From positions 6,153-70,152 of the forward strand of contig JAYYZW010000014.1 of assembly GCA_036339995.1 (NCBI GenBank): 64,000 bases of DNA, read 5' to 3'. The stretch is from Pseudomonadota bacterium. GTDB lineage: Bacteria > Pseudomonadota > Gammaproteobacteria > Ga0077536. Positions within the stretch are counted from its first letter, which is position 1. Every line of letters begins with the position of its first letter. Positions 52,718-63,225 of the stretch are shown here, in pieces. The position numbers and the translations under genes were made by a program. The notes under the pieces were generated by a model. It worked only from the letters and a program-made list of their open reading frames with translations, was not told the origin of the DNA and did not search any database.

Positions 52718-53678
52718 GGCCCCGATCATCCGCCTTTTCGTGCGCGGCGTACGCATCTAGAATGCGGGCCACCACCGTATGCCGGACTACATCTCGAGAA
52801 TGAAAAAATGTAAAGCTGATTCCCTGCACATTATTCAGGATGCCGATTATGTGCTTCAATCCAGAGGTCCGGCCGCATGGGAGGTCAATTTGAGTGACAT
52901 CTCCAGTAACGACCGTTTTCGAGCCGAACCCGATGCGCGTTAGAAACATTTTCATTTGCTCAATGGTCGTATTTTGAGCTTCATCCAATATGATGAATGA
53001 TTCATTCAGTGTTCGACCACGCATAAAGGCCAACGGTGTCACTTCGATGACGTTTCGCTCGATCAGTTTTGCAACGCGCTCGAATCCCAGCATCTCATAG
53101 AGCGCGTCGTATAGCGGGCGCAGGTACGGATCGATTTTCTGTGCCATGTCTCCCGGCAGGAACCCGAGGCGTTCGCCGGCCTCCACGGCGGGCCTGACCA
53201 GACATACGCGCCGCACGGTATCCGCCTCGAGGGCCGCGACCGCGCAAACCACTGCAAGATAGGTTTTACCAGTACCTGCCGGCCCTACGCCAAAGCTGAT
53301 GTCGTTCATCCGGATAGCTTCTAGATATCGGCGCTGGTTGCCGCCTCGCGGTCGGATCAGTGCCCGACGGGTTCGAATCGATTCGGCGCCCTCACCCGTT
53401 GGTTGATCCTCATTCTCGGAACTTCTGAGCTCGAGGTGTACGTCTGTCGCGGAAAGCGTTTTCGTTTCGGTCAACGAATATAACTGTCGAATGACTTGCT
53501 CCGTGACGACGACGCCGTCGTCGGTACCCGTCAGCTTGAATTGATTTCCCCGATTCCCGATTTCCACGCCGGTACGGCGCTCGAGAAGTCGCAAATGCTC
53601 GTCGAATTGGCCGCACAAGTTGGCTAACCGCTCATTGTCGACCGGCTCGAGGGTAACTTCGACTGCTACGATGCTCAC
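52695..53678 (-). CDS. phoH: PhoH-like ATPase (YbeZ)
   Basis: 327 aa. GPAGTGKTYLAV Walker A, FIILDEAQN Walker B. Confidence 0.95.
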   Translation of the reverse strand: MSIVAVEVTLEPVDNERLANLCGQFDEHLRLLERRTGVEIGNRGNQFKLTGTDDGVVVTEQVIRQLYSLTETKTLSATDVHLELRSSENEDQPTGEGAESIRTRRALIRPRGGNQRRYLEAIRMNDISFGVGPAGTGKTYLAVVCAVAALEADTVRRVCLVRPAVEAGERLGFLPGDMAQKIDPYLRPLYDALYEMLGFERVAKLIERNVIEVTPLAFMRGRTLNESFIILDEAQNTTIEQMKMFLTRIGFGSKTVVTGDVTQIDLPCGRTSGLKHIIGILNNVQGISFTFFHSRDVVRHTVVARILDAYAAHEKADDRGHGEDGER

Positions 53679-55022
53679 TTATGTCGATTCGTTACAAAGC
53701 GCGAGAATGCTGCCTCGCAATGAGTTCGGTAGAGCTTCGGCAATCTCTATATCGACGAGTTCGCCGATGAGCGAAGACTCTCCCGGGAAATTTACGACGC
53801 GGTTGTTCTCAGTCCTCCCGCTGAGTTCTTCAGGATTCTTTTTGGATATGCCCGTTACGAGTATCTGCTCGACATTACCAATCATTTTTTTGCTGTAACT
53901 TTCGGCTAATTCGGTAATACGGCGTTGAAGAATCGCAAGTCGATTCTGCTTCTCTTCGGTCCTTACGACGTCGGGAAGGGCCGCCGCCGGCGTTCCCGGG
54001 CGAGGACTGTAAATGAAGCTATAAGACTGATCGAATTCGACTTCGTTTATCAAATCCATCGTGGCGTCGAAATCTTCCTGGTTTTCTCCGGGAAATCCAA
54101 TGATGAAATCCGAGGATACTGAAATACCAGGTCGCGCGAGCTTGAGCCGCTTAATGATCGATTTGTACTCCAATGCGGTATGTCCACGCTTCATTAACGA
54201 CAGAATTCGATCGGAGCCTGATTGCACGGGAAGATGTACATGGCTCACCAGTTTTGTCACGTCTTTGTATACTTCGATCAAGCTATCCGTAAATTCGATC
54301 GGATGTGAGGTGGTGTATCGTATCCTGGCCACCCCGTCGATGCTGGCGACGTAGCGAATCAAACCGGCCAAATCTATGACCCGACCGTCATGGGTGGTCC
54401 CTCTGTAAGCATTGACGTTCTGCCCGAGTAATACGATTTCGCGGACGCCTTTTCCGGCCAGCGCATAGATCTCGGTGATTACATCGTCGAAAGGGCGGCT
54501 GAATTCTTCGCCTCGCGTATAGGGAACGACGCAAAAACTGCAATACTTGCTACACCCCTCCATGACGGACACATAAGCGCTTGGCCCATTGGCCTTCGCC
54601 TCGGGAAGATTGTCGAACTTTTCAATCTCTGGAAAACTGACATCGATTACCTGTTCGGCGCCGTTTTCGATTTTCGCGATGAGCGCGGGCAAGCGGTGTA
54701 GTGTCTGTGGCCCGAAAACGATGTCCACATAGGGCGCGCGGGCCCATATCTGATCCCCTTCCTGACTCGCAACACACCCTCCGACCCCGATGATTACCTT
54801 ACGCCCGTTCTCTTTGAGCGGGCGCCATCTGCCGAGTTCCGAGAACAGCTTTTCCTGGGCCTTTTCTCTCACGGAACAGGTGTTCATCAAAAGGACCTGC
54901 GCCTTTTCGGGTGCAGACACACGCACCAAGCCGTGGGTTCGCTCCAATATGGCTGCCATTTTATCCGAATCGTATTCGTTCATCTGACAACCGAACGTCT
55001 TTATATACAGTCCCTCAGCCAT
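53679..55022 (-). CDS. miaB: tRNA-2-methylthio-N6-dimethylallyladenosine synthase
   Basis: 447 aa. [13 protein letters not shown], radical-SAM [16 protein letters not shown]-terminus. Confidence 0.95.
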   Translation of the reverse strand: MAEGLYIKTFGCQMNEYDSDKMAAILERTHGLVRVSAPEKAQVLLMNTCSVREKAQEKLFSELGRWRPLKENGRKVIIGVGGCVASQEGDQIWARAPYVDIVFGPQTLHRLPALIAKIENGAEQVIDVSFPEIEKFDNLPEAKANGPSAYVSVMEGCSKYCSFCVVPYTRGEEFSRPFDDVITEIYALAGKGVREIVLLGQNVNAYRGTTHDGRVIDLAGLIRYVASIDGVARIRYTTSHPIEFTDSLIEVYKDVTKLVSHVHLPVQSGSDRILSLMKRGHTALEYKSIIKRLKLARPGISVSSDFIIGFPGENQEDFDATMDLINEVEFDQSYSFIYSPRPGTPAAALPDVVRTEEKQNRLAILQRRITELAESYSKKMIGNVEQILVTGISKKNPEELSGRTENNRVVNFPGESSLIGELVDIEIAEALPNSLRGSILALCNEST

Positions 55023-55226
55023 CGCGATTATCCATCAATGCGTCTCTTGATACGGGTGCCCGGCAACCTGAAAATTCCATCCCGTGCACTAAGCTACACT
55101 TTATCTTCCACTATTTGAATGTCTTCGCGACCTACGATGCGCCGCCGATTTGATGCCATTTCATCCATAGACCGGTCGTTTGAGAGCCTAACAGGATGTT
55201 GAAATACCTTGTTTTGCGACACTCTG

Positions 55227-56102
55227 TTATACGGCCGTCCCACACAAAGGTGCCTCGAGTAAGACCTGCACGTTGTCTATGAGTCGGGCTTTCCCCAGCC
55301 ATACCGCCATAAGAATGATCAATTCCCAGTCGCCGGCCGCTGCTGGAGCGAGATCTTCGCTTCGTCGCACTGAGACATACTCGAGACGCATGCCTTTTTG
55401 TTCGACGGCCTCACGACAAGCCGCTTCCAGTTCCGGAATCGTCGTCCTTTGTGATTTCAGATTTTTCGCTGCCGCGTTCAGAGATTCGTAGACTACGGCA
55501 GCATACTGACGCAATTCCGGCGTCAGGTAATTGTTGCGTGAACTCATGGCAAGCCCATCGTCCTCGCGGATGATCGGCAGAGCGATAATCTCTACTGGAA
55601 TCAAAAGGTCGTGCACCATCCGCCGAATGACGAGAACCTGTTGGTAATCCTTCTCGCCGAACAGGGCGAAATCCGGCTGCACGTTGTTCAATAGTTTGAT
55701 AACGACGGTAGCGACGCCGGCGAAATGCCCGGGCCGGAATTCGCCGCACAATATGTCTGAGATAGCCGGAACGGTCACTCTCGTGTCTTTCGTGATTCCT
55801 CCGGGATACAGCTCCTTCAGATTGGGCGCGAAAACGAGATCGACTCCCGCGTGCTCGAGCTTTTCCTTATCCGCATCCAGCGTACTGGGATAATGCTCGT
55901 AATCCTCGCCCCGGCCGAACTGTATCGGATTGACGAAAATACTGACCACTGTCCTTCCGGCGATTCCCCGCGCATGGCTTAGAAGGGAAAGATGACCTGC
56001 ATGCAAGTTACCCATGGTCGGAACGAGCGCGATCTTTTCATCCGCCCTCTTCCACTCCCGAATTAGTCGCCGCAGAGATTTTATGTCGTAGATCGTTTCC
56101 AT
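55227..56102 (-). CDS. panC: Pantoate--beta-alanine ligase
   Basis: 291 aa. VPTMGNLHAGHLSL, FVNPIQF, FGEKDYQQ. Confidence 0.95.
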   Translation of the reverse strand: METIYDIKSLRRLIREWKRADEKIALVPTMGNLHAGHLSLLSHARGIAGRTVVSIFVNPIQFGRGEDYEHYPSTLDADKEKLEHAGVDLVFAPNLKELYPGGITKDTRVTVPAISDILCGEFRPGHFAGVATVVIKLLNNVQPDFALFGEKDYQQVLVIRRMVHDLLIPVEIIALPIIREDDGLAMSSRNNYLTPELRQYAAVVYESLNAAAKNLKSQRTTIPELEAACREAVEQKGMRLEYVSVRRSEDLAPAAAGDWELIILMAVWLGKARLIDNVQVLLEAPLCGTAV

Positions 56103-56173
56103 TACTCAAGGCGCGCTGTTCGCTTACTTTGCAGGTTACAGCGTAAAGGAACGTAAGTCGTTCCCGCGATGCC

Positions 56174-56689
56174 CTAGCAAGCTGGCTTGAGAGGTTCCCC
56201 TATTTTTATTACTTCTGTTGTATCGATCAGGCCGAGTAGTTCATCGATGGAGGCGTGCCCTGGTATCAATAAGTCCGGATCAATCTCAGCCATGGGAACG
56301 AGAACGAACGCACGTTCTGGAATCCCCGGGTGCGGAACTTGCAGTCCGGGTTCGTCGATGATCTCATCGCCATGGATGAGCAGATCGAGATCAATCGTCC
56401 TCGGCCCCCAACGAATCCCATCCCGTGTCCGGCCCTGGGCACACTCTATTGACTGCAGATGTTTCAACAAGGCATGGGGATCGAGGCGGGTGTCGAGCCG
56501 AACCACAGCGTTGACGTAGTCCGGCTGATCCGGCGGACCCATGGGTGGAGTTCGATAAAGCGACGAACAACTATCGATTCTGCTTGACGGTATCGATGTC
56601 AATCGAGCGGTGGCGAGGTGGATCTGGTTGACTGGGTCGCCCAGATTGCTACCGAAGCCAATAAAACTCGCTACTTCAAATCGCATCAA
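56174..56689 (-). CDS. folK: 2-amino-4-hydroxy-6-hydroxymethyldihydropteridine diphosphokinase
   Basis: 171 aa. GSNLGDP, YRTPP, GPRTIDLDLL, HPGIPERAFVLVP. Confidence 0.9.
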   Translation of the reverse strand: MMRFEVASFIGFGSNLGDPVNQIHLATARLTSIPSSRIDSCSSLYRTPPMGPPDQPDYVNAVVRLDTRLDPHALLKHLQSIECAQGRTRDGIRWGPRTIDLDLLIHGDEIIDEPGLQVPHPGIPERAFVLVPMAEIDPDLLIPGHASIDELLGLIDTTEVIKIGEPLKPAC

Positions 56690-58002
56690 GACTGAGGGCG
56701 TTTTCGGCGGCGGCCCCTTTTTTTAGATTCGGACTGATTCTTGACCTTATTGAGCAATACCTCGCGTTCCGTATCGTCGGCATTCTGATACTCAGTCCAC
56801 CATTCGTAGAGTTCCTGAACGGGCTCTCCAGACTCCGCTCGCAACTCGAGAAAATCGTATGCAGCCTTGAAGCGCGGATGTTCGATCAATTTGCCTACGC
56901 GCTTGCGCGTTCGTTTGGGTAAGCGCAGCTGCATCGCCCAGATTTCACGAGTGACCTGAGTATATCGCCGGGGAACCGCAAGGCGGGCTACTTGTTCCGA
57001 CAATAACTTATCCGCCGCAATCGACAACGCGTCCGTCGCCTCCACCCCCCCTGCTTCCAACTTTTGGCGCTCATTGTCGACAACGTCCCACAGCAATGCG
57101 GCAATTAGAAAGGCCGGCGTTACGGATTTTGACTCAGCGATGCGGGCGTCGGTATTCGCCAATGCATGGCCAATAAGCGTGCCCGGGAAGCCGCCGTGCT
57201 GATGATCGAGTTCCGCGTCGGTCAAGGGGAATAACTTCGAAAACAGATCGTAATGCCTTAATGCTTCGAAGGTCTGGAGAGCCGTACCGCCGTGAAACAG
57301 TTTCAAGGCCTCGTCGAACAGTCGCGCCGGTGAGATTTCGACCAATAAGTCACCAAGCTCACTAAGCGGTTCGGCCGTGCGATCGTCCAGCTTGAAGCCT
57401 AATTTGACAGCGAAACGAATCGCCCGCAGCATTCGCACCGGATCCTCACGATATCTCTGGTAGGGGTCGCCGATTACTTTCAGTATGCCCCTTTTGAGGT
57501 CCTCGACACCGCCGACGTAATCGATCACGCTGAAATTACGGATGTCATAATAGAGTGCATTCACCGTGAAATCGCGCCGCCACACATCGTCATCGACCTC
57601 ACCGTAGACGTTGTCCCGCAGAATACGGCCTTCCTCGCTGACCTCAACGGCATCGTCATTGGCACGATGGGCCGCGCGGAAGGTGGCCACTTCTATGACT
57701 TCTCGCCCGAAGCGGATGTGCGCCAGGCGAAATCGCCGTCCAATCAACCTGCAATTGCGGAACAGTTCGCGTACCTGCTCTGGTATCGCATCAGTGGCGA
57801 TGTCGAAATCCTTGGGTTCCCGACCGAGCAGGAGATCCCGTACCCCTCCGCCGACAAGGCAAGCCTTGAAGCCGGCATTGTTGAGCCGGTAGAGCACTTT
57901 CAGTGCGTTTGGCGAAATATATTTTCGCGAGATCGAATGTTCGTCACGCGAATAAATACGCGGCGGACGAGGGATGCTTGCTACTTTTCGTTCGGCGCGC
58001 AT
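56686..58002 (-). CDS. pcnB: Poly(A) polymerase I
   Basis: 438 aa. LVGGGVRDLLLGREPKDFDIAT, RRDFTVNALYYD, basic C-terminal tail. Confidence 0.95.
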   Translation of the reverse strand: MRAERKVASIPRPPRIYSRDEHSISRKYISPNALKVLYRLNNAGFKACLVGGGVRDLLLGREPKDFDIATDAIPEQVRELFRNCRLIGRRFRLAHIRFGREVIEVATFRAAHRANDDAVEVSEEGRILRDNVYGEVDDDVWRRDFTVNALYYDIRNFSVIDYVGGVEDLKRGILKVIGDPYQRYREDPVRMLRAIRFAVKLGFKLDDRTAEPLSELGDLLVEISPARLFDEALKLFHGGTALQTFEALRHYDLFSKLFPLTDAELDHQHGGFPGTLIGHALANTDARIAESKSVTPAFLIAALLWDVVDNERQKLEAGGVEATDALSIAADKLLSEQVARLAVPRRYTQVTREIWAMQLRLPKRTRKRVGKLIEHPRFKAAYDFLELRAESGEPVQELYEWWTEYQNADDTEREVLLNKVKNQSESKKRGRRRKRPQS

Positions 58003-58082
58003 GAACGCATGAGAGGAAGGATAACGGTGTTGAAAAATCCAGGCAGGTCAAGCCGTATGATAGCATCCGATGCCGATTTGCC

Positions 58083-58158
58083 GCTCCCTTCGTCTAGTGG
58101 CCCAGGACGTCGGCCTCTCACGCCGAAAACAGGGGTTCGAGTCCCCTAGGGAGCGCCA
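58083..58158 (+). tRNA. tRNA-Glu (anticodon CUC)
   Basis: Near-collinear with the canonical tRNA-Glu scaffold: acceptor gctccct/agggagc, anticodon stem tcggc/gccga with loop ctctcac, T-arm agggg-ttcgagt-cccct, encoded CCA. Confidence 0.85.
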
Positions 58159-59270
58159 TCCTCACCGGACCTGCAATCCTCTCCCCACGTATCCGCACAA
58201 ACATGCGAATCGGCAATTACGACCGCAGCCGCCGGATACAGGCTTAAATCGTCTTTCATCCATGCAGCGTTATTTAGTTTAAAACGGTTGCGCAGCTTTG
58301 AGTCGAACGGCGCCGCCGCTAGTCCATCGCGGCACCCGCTACGATGCCGGTCGATCAGCATCGCGATCGCGAAGGCAACGAGATCCGGCTGTTCGATATG
58401 AACGTGATGACCGCTGCCTCCCGCCACGAGGTGGGCGGACACTGGGCTAAAGGCCGCCAGATCCGCCTGAAGTTCGAGCCAGAGCTTCTCGATGAGGAGC
58501 CGCTTGGCGCTGTGTTCTCCTTCAATCCTTCCGCGGGTGATTACGATCAGGGGCAAATCGTGCAATGGCTTTGAAGCCTTTATTTGGCGCGCACTGTCAC
58601 GGAAATTCAATAGTTCGCTCGCCAGCGTGCGGCGCATCTTCCAGTGTCCTGCTAGCTTGATCACCCTCCGTTTCAGCTTATCAGGCAACCTAACGTGCGG
58701 CGGCGGCGGATCGCGAAACTGAACAATGCCATAACGGGTGCTTGGCGCGGTGGTCATGTTCAGGGGCGGAGCCAGGAAGCGTTCGACCTGATCTGGATGC
58801 GATGCGTCGATTAACACGAGACCAGCGCTTAGATAGGGGTATCTGCGCGCGAACAACTGCATGTTGTATCCGCCGAATGAATGTCCGACGAGGATGAACG
58901 GAGGCGACACCGAAGCTTCGTTCAATAGGAGAAACAATTCGTTCGCGATCCGTGAACTGGTGCGCGGCATTGGTCCCATATCGCTCGCGCCGTAGCCCGC
59001 ACGATCGTAGGTACAGACTTTAGTGATTTCACGTAAACGCTGGCTGACGAAAACCCACTCGAGAGACGAGCCGCCGAGGCCGGAATCCATAATCACCGTC
59101 GGCGTACCGTATCCCTCACAAGAAATCTGCAGACGATAATTGTCGATGAAGATATGATCGACGTCGGCCGCGCTTGAAGTTGTAGCAATGATGGCCAGCG
59201 CCGCTGTAACGAATGAGCGGACCGGGCTTTTGGCAAGGCGCGTATTCAAGCTCTCTAATGCCATGCGCAA
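58146..59270 (-). CDS. Secreted alpha/beta-fold hydrolase
   Basis: 374 aa. Signal-like FVTAALAIIATTSSAA, nucleophile elbow GHSFGG, HHVHIEQP. The 3' end overlaps the convergent tRNA-Glu by 13 nt. Confidence 0.8.
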   Translation of the reverse strand: MRMALESLNTRLAKSPVRSFVTAALAIIATTSSAADVDHIFIDNYRLQISCEGYGTPTVIMDSGLGGSSLEWVFVSQRLREITKVCTYDRAGYGASDMGPMPRTSSRIANELFLLLNEASVSPPFILVGHSFGGYNMQLFARRYPYLSAGLVLIDASHPDQVERFLAPPLNMTTAPSTRYGIVQFRDPPPPHVRLPDKLKRRVIKLAGHWKMRRTLASELLNFRDSARQIKASKPLHDLPLIVITRGRIEGEHSAKRLLIEKLWLELQADLAAFSPVSAHLVAGGSGHHVHIEQPDLVAFAIAMLIDRHRSGCRDGLAAAPFDSKLRNRFKLNNAAWMKDDLSLYPAAAVVIADSHVCADTWGEDCRSGEDGAP

Positions 59271-59330
59271 GGTGGATCAATTCCCGCTTATAACGCTCGA
59301 GGAACATACCACAATAATGGTCTCGCAATC

Positions 59331-59753
59331 GTGAATTCCAACCATGAATTCGTGTCCTTCCCGCGCCGTCTTGCGGCCTTGCTTTATGACATCGTGGCCG
59401 TTTTCACCGTGCTCTATTTCGCATCGTTCGTGCCCATAGTAGCCGGCGGCGGAGACGCCATCGCCCCGGGGAATCCAATATTCGTCCTTTACCTCCTGGT
59501 GATTGCTTTCGGCTATTTCGGCCTGTCCTGGACGCGCGGCCGAACGCTTGGCATGCAAGCCTGGAAGCTCGAGATACGAGCGTGCGCAGATACGCGGCGT
59601 ATAACCTGGAAGCAGGCCTTTATTCGCTTCGCTGGCGCCGCGCTCTCGACCGCGATTTTTGGTATTGGATATTTCTCTGCATTGACCGATGCTGAAAATC
59701 GTACGTGGCATGATCGATTATCGAAATCTCGCCTGGTCCGAAAGCAGCCGTGA
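59331..59753 (+). CDS. RDD-family membrane protein
   Basis: 140 aa. RRLAALLYDIVAV..., 2-3 TM segments, WHDRLSKSRLV ending typical of RDD domains. Confidence 0.7.
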   Translation: MNSNHEFVSFPRRLAALLYDIVAVFTVLYFASFVPIVAGGGDAIAPGNPIFVLYLLVIAFGYFGLSWTRGRTLGMQAWKLEIRACADTRRITWKQAFIRFAGAALSTAIFGIGYFSALTDAENRTWHDRLSKSRLVRKQP

Positions 59754-59761
59754 TACGTGCG

Positions 59762-60841
59762 CTACAGTGCGCGGTAGTTCAGGATGATGCCAATCGTGAA
59801 CACTGCAAGGGTCGGACCCATGGCGCTGACGACCGCGGGCGTGTTGAATACGATGCCCAGATGTCCGGATGCCTGATTGAGAAGGTGGAAACTAAGGCCA
59901 ATCAATGCGCCGACCATGATGCGCCGCCCTATGGATACCGAACGCGAACCGCCTAATACCAATGGAATGGCCAGGAATACCATGACGGCCGTTGCCATTG
60001 GATATCCCATCTTGACCCAAAGTGCATGCTCATAACGCTGCGAGCTCTGTCCGCTATCGCGAATAAAACTGACATAACGAATGAGGTCAATGAGTGACAG
60101 GCTGTCGGGGTTGATCGCCACCATGCCAATCAAATCCGGATCGAGAAGCGAGTCCCAGATCGCTTGCTCGATATGGCGTGATTCTATCGCCACCTCCTTG
60201 AACGAGGTTTGCCTGATGTTCTGGAGCTCCCAGCGCCCTCGCTGATAATGTGCGGACTCCGCGTGAGTCGCTGTTCTAAGCCGATTATCGGAATCGTACT
60301 CGTAAATGTTGATATCGCGGAATTGATCATTGGGCAGCACTTCGCGGATGTTGATATAGCTGTTCCCATCCCGCGTCCAAAATCCTTTTTCCGACCGCTG
60401 CGTTATCCGGCCATCGATGGCCGAGGATCGAAATTCGCGCGCATAACGTTCCGCGGGCGGGAAGATCAGCTCCCCGATGATCACGGCGATTACGGCGAAA
60501 AATAGACCCGCTTTCATGACCGACCAGATGATTCTAAGTTTGGAAACACCCGCGCAGCGCACCACCGAAATCTCATTGGTTTCCATCATCGAACCGAGTC
60601 CAAGCAGGGAGCCGACCAGCGCCGCAATCGGAAAAAGTTCGTACGCTAATCCGGGGGCGCGTAACAGCACGACCATACATGCTTGCCCGAGATCGTATGA
60701 ACCTCGGCCAATCTCTTCGAGTTCGTCGATGAATGTAAAGAATAGGAAGATCGCCAGCAGAACAAACATTACCGTGAGTGTCGCCGCGATCACGGCATGA
60801 CCTATATAGCGATCTAAGATCTTCATTTGCACCATGGGCAT
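59762..60841 (-). CDS. lptG: LPS export ABC permease LptG
   Basis: 359 aa. ILDRYIGHAV..., GRGSYD, and ISVVRCAGVS align with E. coli LptG (VLDRYIGKTI, GQGSYD). The start may be the internal ATG (MKILDRY). Confidence 0.85.
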   Translation of the reverse strand: MPMVQMKILDRYIGHAVIAATLTVMFVLLAIFLFFTFIDELEEIGRGSYDLGQACMVVLLRAPGLAYELFPIAALVGSLLGLGSMMETNEISVVRCAGVSKLRIIWSVMKAGLFFAVIAVIIGELIFPPAERYAREFRSSAIDGRITQRSEKGFWTRDGNSYINIREVLPNDQFRDINIYEYDSDNRLRTATHAESAHYQRGRWELQNIRQTSFKEVAIESRHIEQAIWDSLLDPDLIGMVAINPDSLSLIDLIRYVSFIRDSGQSSQRYEHALWVKMGYPMATAVMVFLAIPLVLGGSRSVSIGRRIMVGALIGLSFHLLNQASGHLGIVFNTPAVVSAMGPTLAVFTIGIILNYRAL

Positions 60842-60985
60842 GGACCGTGATGATTCAATTCATGCGGCTCTTTGCGCCCCAAGATACAAAAGAATACACT
60901 GCGATCCGGTCGGGCGCAGCCTGTAGTCATTGCGCCGGCTTCCCTTTTCAGTTGTTGAAATGAATAACCCACGGCGAGGAAAGCT

Positions 60986-62473
60986 ATGGAATTTTCCGTC
61001 AAACGCGGCGCGCCCCGCAAACAGAAGACTGCATGCATCATCGTCGGCGTGCATACCGGCGGGATCCTGAGCCGGAGCGCGGAAGATCTGGATAAAGCGA
61101 GCCGCGGCGCACTGCGACGCATCGTGCAACGAGGCGATATTGGCGGCAAGCCCGGTGAACATATTCTCCTGCCGGACGTATCGGGAATAAGCGGCGACAG
61201 GATTTTCCTCGTCGGTGCGGGTAAACGCGAAGGCGTGACGGCTGGGGATTTCCGTAAACTAGTCGGTAAGGCCGCGAGCGCCTTAAATCGGATGAAAATC
61301 CGAAATGCAGTAAGTACATTGATTGAAGTCGAAGTGAAGGGGCACGACATCCATTGGAAGCTCGATCAGCATTTAACGGCTTTCGCCGCCTCGTCTTATC
61401 GGTTTAATGATCTCAAGTCCAAACGCGAACCCGCGCGACTGGGCCGAACGGGTTTTCTTTTCAAAGATGAAGAAGTTTCGGCGGCGCGTACGGGGCTGAA
61501 AGTGGCGCGCGCCAAAGCTGTCGGCATCGACCTTATGAAGGATCTCGCTAATCGCCCGGCCAATTTATGCACACCTACATACCTCGCGGAACAAGCAGCG
61601 GGACTTTCCGAGCAAGCAGATTCGCTAAAACTGACAGTCCTCGACGAAGCGAAAATGGAAAAACTCGGTATGGGCGCACTCCTGTCCGTCTCGAAGGGAT
61701 CCCGACAGCCAGCGAAGCTGATCACTCTTGAATACAGCGGTACCGGCGATGACTCCGCGCCGATCGTACTCGTTGGCAAAGGGGTCACCTTCGACTCCGG
61801 TGGTATTTCAATCAAACCGTCTCCTGCGATGGACGAGATGAAGTTTGACATGTCCGGCGCGGCCAGCGTGCTCGGTACTATGGCGGCGGTCGCGATGATT
61901 GGTCCGTCCGTCAATGTCGTCGGCGTTATTCCCGCGACCGAGAATCTGCCTGACGGAAATGCCACCAAACCCGGCGATGTCGTAACCAGCATGTCAGGGC
62001 AAACGATAGAAGTGTTAAACACCGACGCCGAGGGACGACTGATCTTGTGTGACGCCTTGACCTATAGCGCACGATTCAATCCCGACGTCGTCATCGATAT
62101 TGCGACCCTCACGGGCGCCTGCGTCGTTGCGCTTGGCGCGCACGCCAGCGGACTGATGAGCAATGACGACGAACTCGCCGACGACCTGCTCGCCAGCGGA
62201 CAACGCACCGGGGATCGTGTCTGGCGCTTGCCGGTTTGGAGTGAGTATCAAAAGCAGATCGACAGTCCTTTCGCCGATATGGCCAATGTCGGTGGACGCG
62301 CCGCGGGAACTATTACCGCCGCCTGTTTTCTTTCACGATTCACCGAAGATTACCGTTGGGCTCATATCGATATCGCGGGAACCGCGTGGACTTCGGGTAA
62401 GTCGAAAGGTTCGACGGGCCGCCCCGTACCGCTGCTGCTCGATTACATCCTGACTCGCGCGAACGTCGATTGA
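60986..62473 (+). CDS. pepA: Leucyl aminopeptidase (M17)
   Basis: 495 aa. VGKGVTFDSGGISIKP, NTDAEGRLILCDAL, HIDIAG. Confidence 0.95.
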   Translation: MEFSVKRGAPRKQKTACIIVGVHTGGILSRSAEDLDKASRGALRRIVQRGDIGGKPGEHILLPDVSGISGDRIFLVGAGKREGVTAGDFRKLVGKAASALNRMKIRNAVSTLIEVEVKGHDIHWKLDQHLTAFAASSYRFNDLKSKREPARLGRTGFLFKDEEVSAARTGLKVARAKAVGIDLMKDLANRPANLCTPTYLAEQAAGLSEQADSLKLTVLDEAKMEKLGMGALLSVSKGSRQPAKLITLEYSGTGDDSAPIVLVGKGVTFDSGGISIKPSPAMDEMKFDMSGAASVLGTMAAVAMIGPSVNVVGVIPATENLPDGNATKPGDVVTSMSGQTIEVLNTDAEGRLILCDALTYSARFNPDVVIDIATLTGACVVALGAHASGLMSNDDELADDLLASGQRTGDRVWRLPVWSEYQKQIDSPFADMANVGGRAAGTITAACFLSRFTEDYRWAHIDIAGTAWTSGKSKGSTGRPVPLLLDYILTRANVD

Positions 62474-62476
62474 GCA

Positions 62477-62905
62477 ATGACGCGGATCGATTTTTACGTT
62501 CTCGATTCGCCTACCACCGACCGCCACGATCGAATGATCTGCCGGATCGTGGAAAAGGCGTGGCAACAAGGACACTCCGTTTATATACAGTGCCAGGACA
62601 TGGCCTCGGTCAAGTCATTCGATCAAATGCTTTGGCGGTTCAAGGATACCAGCTTCGTCCCCCATGCCGTCGATGGGAGTGACCTGGAAGATTCGCCCGT
62701 CGCCATCGGTACCCATGCGGATGCGGTATCCAGTCCGGATGTGCTCGTAAACCTTGCCATCGATGTTCCCGGTTCCGTTAGTCGCTATCTCCGTGTCATT
62801 GAATCGGCGGGTTACAACGCTACGTCGCGTACCGCGGCCCGCACGCGTTACCGTTATTATCAGGATCGAGGATTTCCGCTGAACACCCACAAACTCAATC
62901 TTTAG
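62477..62905 (+). CDS. holC: DNA polymerase III chi subunit
   Basis: 142 aa. IDFYVL...R...CRIVEKAWQQGHSVYI. Positioned after pepA and before valS. Confidence 0.85.
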   Translation: MTRIDFYVLDSPTTDRHDRMICRIVEKAWQQGHSVYIQCQDMASVKSFDQMLWRFKDTSFVPHAVDGSDLEDSPVAIGTHADAVSSPDVLVNLAIDVPGSVSRYLRVIESAGYNATSRTAARTRYRYYQDRGFPLNTHKLNL

Positions 62906-62916
62906 AAATACGCTCA

Positions 62917-63219
62917 ATGGCAGATTCAGGTTCGGATCCGGCAAAAGAAGCTTCCGCTCCGGGCGGAGACGGTGGGCCAAAACCTCCTCGCGTACCGATG
63001 GTCCGGTCCACGCCGCCGAATGGCCGAGCCGAAGCTGCCGATCTGTCGAATACCTTGAAGCAACTCGTCGTGGAAAGCATGTCGAGCGCGATCGCGGAAC
63101 TGAAGGAGGAACTCACGCGCGAAATTTCACGCTCGTTCAACGACGCGCACAGGCCCGCAGACGAGGCGCTAAAAGAACGCGAAGATCATCACCCCAATCC
63201 CTCACACGCAAAGAAGTGA
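62917..63219 (+). CDS. Small hypothetical protein between holC and valS
   Basis: 100-aa ORF, low-complexity Pro/Gly/Ala-rich N-terminus and a charged helical C-terminus. Coding status is supported only by tight spacing with its neighbours. Confidence 0.4.
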   Translation: MADSGSDPAKEASAPGGDGGPKPPRVPMVRSTPPNGRAEAADLSNTLKQLVVESMSSAIAELKEELTREISRSFNDAHRPADEALKEREDHHPNPSHAKK

Positions 63220-63225
63220 TTAGTG

